Positions 37,691 to 44,236 of a stretch of DNA of 64,000 bases are shown here, piece by piece. Source of the DNA: Candidatus Aldehydirespiratoraceae bacterium (GTDB lineage: Bacteria > Actinomycetota > Acidimicrobiia > Acidimicrobiales > Aldehydirespiratoraceae); NCBI GenBank assembly GCA_965214565.1, contig OZ243951.1, forward strand, positions 1,281,017-1,345,016. Direction: 5' to 3'. Numbering within the stretch: the stretch's first letter is position 1; each line of letters opens with the position of its first letter. A model generated the notes under the pieces. That model saw only the letters and a program-made list of their open reading frames with translations, searched no databases and was not told the DNA's origin. A program made the translations under genes and the position numbers.

Positions 37691-40600
37691 ATGGCGAACG
37701 CCTACGCGGCGCTCACTGGGATGGAGGCACCGGTCGAGGAGCACATGTTCGAAGATGTTGAGGGTGACCCCAACGCTGATGACATTGCTCGTATCAGCCC
37801 GAACGGGCTTGAGATCACGACGGGCACGTCGGCTACGACGTATTCGCCGGGTGACCCTGTGCTTCGCGGGCACATGGCTCTGTTCTTGACACGTCTGTAC
37901 AAGGCGGTGACGGGTGAGGACGCTCCGGCGGGCGACACTCCGTTCACCGACATCGGCGACCGTCCCGACTCGGAGCAGGCCGCGATCGGTTCGCTGTTCG
38001 AGTTGGAGGTCACGCGGGGCACTTCGACTACGACGTATTCGCCGCACAGCAATGTGACACGCGAGCAGATGGCTTCGTTTGTTGCTCGTATGTATCGGGC
38101 GATTGATGAGATGCCTGATCCAACTGAGGCACCGGGAGCTCCGACCGGTGTCATGGCAACACCGCACGGCACCGCAGGTACAGCGCTCGAGGTCACTTGG
38201 TCCGCCCCCGAAGACTCGGGCACCAGTGATGTCACTGGTTATGTCGTGCAGTGGGGTGCCGACTACAACAGCCAGCAGACCACCTCGGAAACCTCAGCCG
38301 CGATCTTCGGCCTCACCAAGGGCATGGACTACAGCGTCCGTGTAGCGGCGGTGAGCGACGACGGCCAGGGCGAGTGGGCGATGGCTACCGGCACGCCGGG
38401 CACCACGCCAGGGATGGTCTCCGATCTCAGGGCAGAACCTGGTGCGAGTCCCGGGACTATCAATGTCATGTGGACCGCACCCGCGGACGATGGTGGCACT
38501 CCGCTTACCGGATACATGATTCTGTGGGCTCAAGGCAACAACGAGCAGCAGTCCATGACGATCAGCAATCCAGGCGCTACCAGTTACACCCTCAGTGGAC
38601 TGAACAGCGCGGGGCTCTACTACGTGTGGGTCAAAGCAGTCAACGGTGCTGGCGACGGCGAAGCCTCCGCTGCCGCCTCAGCCACCCCGACCGGGAACGT
38701 TCCAAGCGGAACCGTCAAGGTCAACCCAACCAGCGGCAACGACGCCGGAAAGCGCTTCGCGTCGATGAGTTGGCCAACCGTGACAGCCAAAGCCGGTCAG
38801 GGTCTGGACAACTACACAATCCAACGCAAGTGCGGAAGCCAACTGTGGCCAGACGCAATCATCCCCAATGACGTTTCTCGTATTGTCATGCAGGATGCTG
38901 TCACCACCGCTGCCAACCAGGTACTCCCTGTAGACCATGCCTTGCTCGGCGGACCAGTCGGATCGGGCACGCTGATCAACGGGGTTGAGTGCACCTACCG
39001 AGTCCGAGCCAACGTCTACACTAATACAAACGGCAATGATCGCCAGGATTCCGGCGAGCCGAACGTAGGTGTGTGGGTTGAAGGCAAAGCCACACCAGCG
39101 GCCTCCACAGCGGCACCCGCTCCAGGGGTCGATGTGGTTCCAGCGGCCCCAGAGGGTGTAGGCGTTATCGCAGGTAACCGGACCATGCAGGTCAACTGGA
39201 CCCTCGTACCCGCCACGAGCCAGGGTACCGGTGGTTCGATCAGCGGATACAGGGTTACCTTGTTCTCGCCGTTCCCAGTGCCCGTGGCTTCCGTAACTGT
39301 CAGTGCTATCACCGAATCACACATGTTCACGGGCCTGACCAACGGTTGGACATACACCGCTAACGTCGTCGCTCTTAACCCCAAGGGCGCTGGCGCTTCG
39401 AACGATGTCACCGCGCAGGCTGCCATGGGGATCCCCGGGGCCGCGCAAGGCGCGCCGACCAACGTGCGTGTCACGCAAGGCACGACACGGGGCACAACGT
39501 TGAAGGTCGCCTGGAACGCTCCAGCGGCTAACAGCCTCGCAACAGTGACCGGCTACACCTTGCAGTGGCGTATCTCAGCCACCGCGAGAGCCGCCGCCGG
39601 TGGTTGGGCAGACACCTCGACCACGCCACCGGGTGGGGAATTGATGCCAACATCGGCCATGGTTGAAGTTGCAGGGCTCACCGCAGGTACGTCCTACGAC
39701 TTCCGGGTCCGGGCCACAGGCACCAGGCCTAATCCGGACTCGCCTGGAAGTACCCTCGATGCGACCGGTCCTTGGAGCGCCGTTGCTTCAGGAGCAGCCA
39801 CAGGTTTGCCCGCAGCAGCCACCAACGTTGCGGTGACCGGAAACGACGGCTCGTTGACTCTGGCGTGGACTCCCGCCGACGGTAACGGTTCGGATGTCAC
39901 CAGCTACTCGCTGGTGTACCGCCGTAACGCAGGTGAAGGTTACAACCCGCCGAACACCGTTAGCGTGCCTGCGTCATTGTTGCCGACCAAGACCATCACG
40001 GGACTGACGAACGGTGTCGAATACGAGATCCTTATTACGTCACGCAACGCAAATGGTTCTTCACAGCAACCGGCGAAAACAACAGGCACGCCTGAGGGCG
40101 GAGGCGGTAGCCTCGCAGCTCCGTCCTCGGTAAAGGCGACGGTGGTGCCCGTTGTGAACGCTGACGGCACGATTGGTAGCAACGCGCAGATCAACGTCAG
40201 TTGGAACGCGGTCTCACGAGCTACTGGCTACACCGTCCAATTCCTGCCGGTGCTTAGTAATGCTACTCCACCAGTCCCTGGTAATCCCGCCGACGACAAT
40301 TGGTCATCTGATGGCGTGATGATCGTGCCCAGGACGACCACTGCCGTCATCACCGGTTTGGCATATGACGCCACCTATGTGGTGCGGGTGCGAGCAGCAA
40401 CGCCGCAAGGTCGATGGGGATTCTCGGCGGCGGCTAGAACCGAAAGCGCGCCATCGACAGCACCAAGTGTGAGTGTTGTAAATATTGCTGGAACAACAAC
40501 GCTGCGAGTCAACTGGACTTCGCTCAACGCAATGGATTCCCGGACCCAAGGGGTCACCGGTTACAAGGTGTCTTGGGGACCAACCGAACCAACGGTTCCC

Positions 40601-40774
40601 GGTAACCGCGGTACTGCAACGGTTGCGGCGCCGGCCAATGCCGGAAGCGGGATGCCGATGAGCTACGACATAACCGGGCTCACCGCTATCGGCCAGCCAA
40701 TCCGGGTGACTGTCGCAGCAGTCAACAAGATCGGTGCAGGTGCCCAAGGCATGGGCACCTACCCGTCGTCATAA
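37691..40774 (+). CDS. SLH-Fn3 cassette A: 5'-truncated copy (no promoter-proximal region, signal peptide or first SLH domain)
   Basis: The ORF begins at the internal Met of 'FMANAYA' of paralog C, with no SD upstream. The first 156 aa differ from cassette B at only 4 positions, then a divergent Fn3 array follows. It is probably a silent cassette. Confidence 0.75.
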   Translation: MANAYAALTGMEAPVEEHMFEDVEGDPNADDIARISPNGLEITTGTSATTYSPGDPVLRGHMALFLTRLYKAVTGEDAPAGDTPFTDIGDRPDSEQAAIGSLFELEVTRGTSTTTYSPHSNVTREQMASFVARMYRAIDEMPDPTEAPGAPTGVMATPHGTAGTALEVTWSAPEDSGTSDVTGYVVQWGADYNSQQTTSETSAAIFGLTKGMDYSVRVAAVSDDGQGEWAMATGTPGTTPGMVSDLRAEPGASPGTINVMWTAPADDGGTPLTGYMILWAQGNNEQQSMTISNPGATSYTLSGLNSAGLYYVWVKAVNGAGDGEASAAASATPTGNVPSGTVKVNPTSGNDAGKRFASMSWPTVTAKAGQGLDNYTIQRKCGSQLWPDAIIPNDVSRIVMQDAVTTAANQVLPVDHALLGGPVGSGTLINGVECTYRVRANVYTNTNGNDRQDSGEPNVGVWVEGKATPAASTAAPAPGVDVVPAAPEGVGVIAGNRTMQVNWTLVPATSQGTGGSISGYRVTLFSPFPVPVASVTVSAITESHMFTGLTNGWTYTANVVALNPKGAGASNDVTAQAAMGIPGAAQGAPTNVRVTQGTTRGTTLKVAWNAPAANSLATVTGYTLQWRISATARAAAGGWADTSTTPPGGELMPTSAMVEVAGLTAGTSYDFRVRATGTRPNPDSPGSTLDATGPWSAVASGAATGLPAAATNVAVTGNDGSLTLAWTPADGNGSDVTSYSLVYRRNAGEGYNPPNTVSVPASLLPTKTITGLTNGVEYEILITSRNANGSSQQPAKTTGTPEGGGGSLAAPSSVKATVVPVVNADGTIGSNAQINVSWNAVSRATGYTVQFLPVLSNATPPVPGNPADDNWSSDGVMIVPRTTTAVITGLAYDATYVVRVRAATPQGRWGFSAAARTESAPSTAPSVSVVNIAGTTTLRVNWTSLNAMDSRTQGVTGYKVSWGPTEPTVPGNRGTATVAAPANAGSGMPMSYDITGLTAIGQPIRVTVAAVNKIGAGAQGMGTYPSS

Positions 40775-40909
40775 GTAATACCAAGATGTAGTCGGCTGGC
40801 TCCTGGGCTCTCCGCCGGGCCCAGAGAGCCGCTGGCTACTTAGCTGCAATTGCAACTAAGCATTAGTTCAGAGCCCGAGGTCTTGGCCTCGGGCTCTAAC
40901 TATTTTTCC
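40775..40909 (+). repeat. Conserved ~135-bp 3' element shared by cassettes A, B and C
   Basis: It starts right at the stop codon: 'gtaataccaagatgtagtcggctgg...cttagctgcaattgcaactaag...agagcccgaggtcttggcctcgggctct...ttttt'. Near-identical reverse-complement copies lie at 44099-44236 and 49684-49816. Confidence 0.8.
40870..40907 (+). terminator. Putative intrinsic terminator of cassette A
   Basis: 11-bp stem 'agagcccgagg'/'cctcgggctct' with a 6-nt loop, then 'aacta' and 'ttttt'. Confidence 0.45.
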
Positions 40910-41133
40910 CACGCTCCAACCCTCCACCATGTATTGGAGACCGACCCGGCAGGCCACAAGAACCCACCGGCAAGCGCAGACTTCCAACTCAGCGAAGCGG
41001 ATGCTGGTTTGGCAACAGAAAGTGCGGTCAGGTTCGATCGTCGGCTCGACGGCAAGGAAGACCCCGCCCGCTGCCCCTCACCCGAGTTCGACGGGGCCAG
41101 CCACGACAAGTTCTCCGCGCACAGCTCCTTGAG

Positions 41134-41206
41134 CGCTCCAGGCTGTCCGATCGTGTCGGTGAGGCTGCTGTGGATATCGGTTCGCTGCTGTTCTGTCAGG
41201 ACCAGG
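41134..41206 (-). pseudogene. 5' remnant of a type-2 small coiled-coil gene
   Basis: It encodes 'LVLTEQQRTDIHSSLTDTIGQPGA', matching the N-termini of the 42621-43040 and 48073-48513 products. Homology then stops and the GTG start is replaced. Confidence 0.45.
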
Positions 41207-41212
41207 TTGGTT

Positions 41213-41405
41213 CCCCCGTCCAATCCACCTGGTCGATTCAGGGGGCAAGTGGTGTACGAGCCTCACCGTAGCACCAAAACTATTCAGAGGCACTCGAATC
41301 AAATAAGAGCAGCCGACGCGCCGTCTGGGGTGGTACGGTGGAGGCACTCGCTGGGCAATGGCGACAACTTCCCTTCACAAGCAGCGACAACGAAGGGAAC
41401 TTGCC
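41213..41405 (+). promoter_or_regulatory. Conserved ~190-bp leader/promoter element, copy 1
   Basis: 'ccgtccaatccacctggtcgattcaggggg...caccgtagcaccaaaactattcagagg...aatggcgacaacttccc...acgaagggaacttgcc' directly precedes the ATG at 41406. Confidence 0.55.
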
Positions 41406-41813
41406 ATGGCGGCAGGCGAGCAGGAGCGTTTTGAGCTCCTCAACAGTTTGATCGAAGCGCTCGGGGAGGATGTGGCCTACAAACTCATGAACTCACTACC
41501 CCCATTCTCCTGGGACCAGGTCGCTACCAAAGAAGACCTCAACACACTGGCCACAGCGATCACCGCGAAGTTCGACCAAGTCGACGCACAATTCAAGTCC
41601 GTCAACGCACAGTTCGAGATGGTTGCGGCGGAGTTCGTGAACCTGCGCGGAGAGATCGCCAAAGAGGTCGCAGGTCTATCGACCAAGATCGGCGTGCTCG
41701 ACAGCAGCTTCTCCAAGAAGATCACCGACCAGACCCGAATCATGGTGACGATGATCGCCGGGTTCTCGTTATCCGTGTGCGCAGCCATGGCCGGCGGCAT
41801 CCTCTTCGCCTGA
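41406..41813 (+). CDS. Type-1 small tail-anchored coiled-coil protein (DUF1640/CCDC90-like by resemblance)
   Basis: 'MAAGEQERFELLNSLIEALGED...WDQVATKEDLNTLA...AQFKSVNAQFEMVAAEF...' with a C-terminal TM 'MVTMIAGFSLSVCAAMAGGILFA'. SD-like 'gaaggg' lies upstream. Confidence 0.65.
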   Translation: MAAGEQERFELLNSLIEALGEDVAYKLMNSLPPFSWDQVATKEDLNTLATAITAKFDQVDAQFKSVNAQFEMVAAEFVNLRGEIAKEVAGLSTKIGVLDSSFSKKITDQTRIMVTMIAGFSLSVCAAMAGGILFA

Positions 41814-41838
41814 CACCCGACCGGAGGGCCGGGGACTG

Positions 41839-42029
41839 CCCATCCAATCCGTCTGGTCGATTCAGGGGAAAGTGGATTACAGGCATCACCGTGACACCAA
41901 AGCCATTCAGAGGCCCCCGAATCAAATTACAGCTGCCAACACACTTTCTTGGTGATACGGTACGGGGTACTCGCTGCGCAATGGCGACAACTTCCCTCCA
42001 CAAGCAGCTACAACGAAGGGAACCTTGCC
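41839..42029 (+). promoter_or_regulatory. Conserved leader/promoter element, copy 2
   Basis: 'cccatccaatccgtctggtcgattcaggggaaagtgg...caccgtgacaccaaagccattcagagg...' precedes the ATG at 42030. Confidence 0.55.
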
Positions 42030-42500
42030 ATGACGGCAGGCGAGCAGGAGCGATTCGGGCTCCTCAACAGTTTCATCGAAGCGCTCGGAGAGGAAGCGGC
42101 CCACAAATTCATGGATGTCCTACCCCCATTCTCCTGGGACCAGGTCGCAACCAAAGACGACCTCAACGCCCTAGCCACGTCGATCACCGCGAAGTTCGAC
42201 CAAGTCGACGCACAATTCAAGTCCGTCAACGCACAGTTCGAGTCGGTCAACGCACAGTTCGAGATGGTCAACGCACAGTTCGAGATGGTTGCGGCGGAGT
42301 TCGTGAACCTGCGCGGAGAGATCGCCAAGGTCGAGGGCAACCTCGCCAAAGAGATCGCAGGGCTCTCGACCAAGATCGGTGAACTCGACAGCAGCTTCTC
42401 CAAGAAGATCACCGATCAGACTCGAATCATGGTGACGATGATCGCCGGGTTCTCGTTGTCCGTGTGCGCAGCCATGGCCGGCGGCATCCTCTTCGCCTGA
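42030..42500 (+). CDS. Type-1 small tail-anchored coiled-coil protein (longest heptad array)
   Basis: 'MTAGEQERFGLLNSFIEALGEE...' with four tandem 21-bp units at 42210-42293 (FKSVNAQ/FESVNAQ/FEMVNAQ/FEMVAAE). The C-terminal TM is identical to the 41406 copy. Confidence 0.65.
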   Translation: MTAGEQERFGLLNSFIEALGEEAAHKFMDVLPPFSWDQVATKDDLNALATSITAKFDQVDAQFKSVNAQFESVNAQFEMVNAQFEMVAAEFVNLRGEIAKVEGNLAKEIAGLSTKIGELDSSFSKKITDQTRIMVTMIAGFSLSVCAAMAGGILFA

Positions 42501-42620
42501 TACCCGACCGGAGGCCAGTGGACTGCTAATGGTCCCAGACATCGGGATCAGGGCCCCTCTTGGGTGGCGTAGATGCGCCAGCCGAGGAAATGGGGCTCTT
42601 CGGTGCGGGGAGACGAAGCC

Positions 42621-43040
42621 TCAGACGGCTAGGAAGATCGAGCCGCAGATGGAGACGGTCATCACCGCGATTGCCACGGCGAACCCCCAAACCTCTCTGC
42701 TGCGTCTTTCGGACAATTCGGCGAATCGCGTGTCGACCTTCGCGAATCGGGTGTCGATCGCCGCGAATCGGGTGTCGATCGCCGCGAACTGCTTCTGGAT
42801 CTCCGCGAACTGCTCTGCGAGTTGTTCGCGGAGCTGCGCGAACTGGACATCCATCTTGGCGTTGAGTGCGACGAATCCAGCCTGGGTCTTGGTCTCGAGG
42901 TCTGCGAGGTCGCGTTTGGTGGCGAACTGTTCCCATCCTCCTGGTGGTTGCTGTGCCATTAGGAATTCCGCTTCCGGCTGCCCGATCGTGTCGGCAAGGC
43001 TGCTGTAGATGTCGGTTCGCTGCTGTTCTGTCAGGGCCAC
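42621..43040 (-). CDS. Type-2 small tail-anchored coiled-coil protein
   Basis: GTG start, 'MALTEQQRTDIYSSLADTIGQPEAEF...ATKRDLADLETK...FAAIDTRFAAIDTRFAKVDTRFAELSER' and a C-terminal TM 'AVAIAVMTVSICGSIFLAV'. Confidence 0.65.
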   Translation of the reverse strand: MALTEQQRTDIYSSLADTIGQPEAEFLMAQQPPGGWEQFATKRDLADLETKTQAGFVALNAKMDVQFAQLREQLAEQFAEIQKQFAAIDTRFAAIDTRFAKVDTRFAELSERRSREVWGFAVAIAVMTVSICGSIFLAV

Positions 43041-43241
43041 TTCGGTCCCCCATCCAATCCGTCTGGTTGATTCTGGGGGAAGTGGCTAACGGGGGCCACC
43101 GTAACACCAAAGCCATTCAGAGACAACCGAATCAGACCAACAGCGCTCAACGCACCGTACGGATGATACGGTACGGGGGTACTCGCTGCGCAATGGCGAC
43201 AACTTCCCTCCACAAGCAGCTACAACGAAGGGAACCTTGCC
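43041..43241. promoter_or_regulatory. Conserved leader element, copy 3 (divergent intergenic region type-2 <-> type-1)
   Basis: A 201-bp spacer between divergent starts at 43040 and 43242. It is near-identical to the reverse complement of 47873-48072. Confidence 0.6.
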
Positions 43242-43635
43242 ATGACGGCAGGCGAGCAGGAGCGATTCGGGCTCCTCAACAGTTTGATCGAAGCGCTCGG
43301 AGAGGATGCGGCCCACAAACTCATGGATGCCCTACCTCCAGTATCTTGGGATCAGGTCGCAACTAAAGACGACCTCAACGCCCTGGCCACAGCGATCACC
43401 GCGAAGTTCGACCAAGTCGACGCACAATTCAAGTCCGTCAACGCACAGTTCGAGTCGGTCAACGCACAGTTCGAGATGGTTGCGGCGGGGTTCGTGAACC
43501 TGCGCGGAGAGATCGCCAAAGAGGTTGCGGGGATATCCAAGAAGATCACCGACCAGACTCGAATCATGGTGACGATGATCGCCGGGTTCTCGTTATCCGT
43601 GCGCAGCCATGGCCGGCGGCATCCTCTTCGCCTGA
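43242..43635 (+). pseudogene. Type-1 small coiled-coil gene with 2-bp deletion frameshift in the TM-coding end
   Basis: '...ttatccgtgcgcagccatgg...' here versus 'ttatccgtgtgcgcagccatgg' in the 41406 copy. The frame therefore runs on to 43982 and the ancestral stop lies at 43633-43635. Confidence 0.6.
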
Positions 43636-43688
43636 CCAACACCGGCTTGCGGTTCTTTGAGAGGCGATATGCTCCGCGGGCACCGCGT

Positions 43689-43832
43689 TGCCTCGACGCC
43701 CCAAAGAACCACGGATCGTTTGTGCACATCACGCTCCATCGGCAAAGTCTCGTTCTCCCGCAACCGCACCAACTCAGCGCGCTCATCGGTGCTCAACCCA
43801 CCAGCACGTTCGGCGACATCGCGGCGCATCCA
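43689..43832 (-). mobile_element. Remnant of an IS3-family transposase OrfA
   Basis: The minus-strand translation 'WMRRDVAERAGGLSTDERAELVRLRENETLPMERDVHKRSVVLWGVEA' resembles the leucine-zipper/frameshift region of IS3 OrfA (...ELxRLRxENxxLxxERDILKKAxAFF). No intact transposase or terminal repeats are seen. Confidence 0.45.
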
Positions 43833-43842
43833 ATTCCCCACG

Positions 43843-44091
43843 TCGATCACTGCGAAGTTCGACCAAGTCGCCGTCCAGTTCACCGCGGTGGCGGCAGAGC
43901 TCGTGAGCGAGCGCGGAGAATTCGCCAAAGTCGAGGGCAACCTCACCAAAGAGATCGCAGGGCTATCGACCAAGATCGGTGAACTCGACAGCAGCTTCTT
44001 CGAAAGGACCCCCGAACAGACCCGAACCTTGATACTGATGTTGGCGGGCTTCTCGGTGGCCGTGTGCGCCACCATGGTGCTTTCTGGTTGA
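43843..44091 (+). pseudogene. 3' fragment of a divergent type-1 small coiled-coil gene
   Basis: 'ITAKFDQVAVQFTAVAAELVSERGEFAKVEGNLTKEIAGLSTKIGELDSSF...LAGFSVAVCATMVLSG'. The 5' part is replaced by the IS3 scrap. Confidence 0.45.
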
Positions 44092-44098
44092 GGGGGTC

Positions 44099-44236
44099 AG
44101 GAAAAATAGTTAGAGCCCGAGGCCAAGACCTCGGGCTCTGAACTAATGCTTAGTTGCAATTGCAGCTAAGTAGCCGGCGGCTCGCTGGGCCCGGCGGAGA
44201 GCCCAGGAACCAGCCGACTACATCTTGGTATTTTCC
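44099..44236 (-). repeat. Conserved 3' element of cassette B
   Basis: Reverse complement of the 40775-40909 element with few mismatches. Confidence 0.8.
44102..44139 (-). terminator. Putative intrinsic terminator of cassette B
   Basis: Stem 44112-44122/44129-44139 ('agagcccgagg'/'cctcgggctct') and a T-tract on the minus strand (44102-44106). Confidence 0.45.

Noticed and set aside
40850-41434. 194-aa ORF in the region after cassette A
   Set aside because: It crosses the conserved 3' element, the type-2 gene remnant (antisense) and the conserved leader. It has no coherent protein signal.
43242-43982. 246-aa ORF as a larger variant of the type-1 small protein
   Set aside because: The extension is caused by a 2-bp deletion relative to the paralogs. 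It runs antisense through an IS3 remnant, and its tail is Arg/Pro-rich nonsense.
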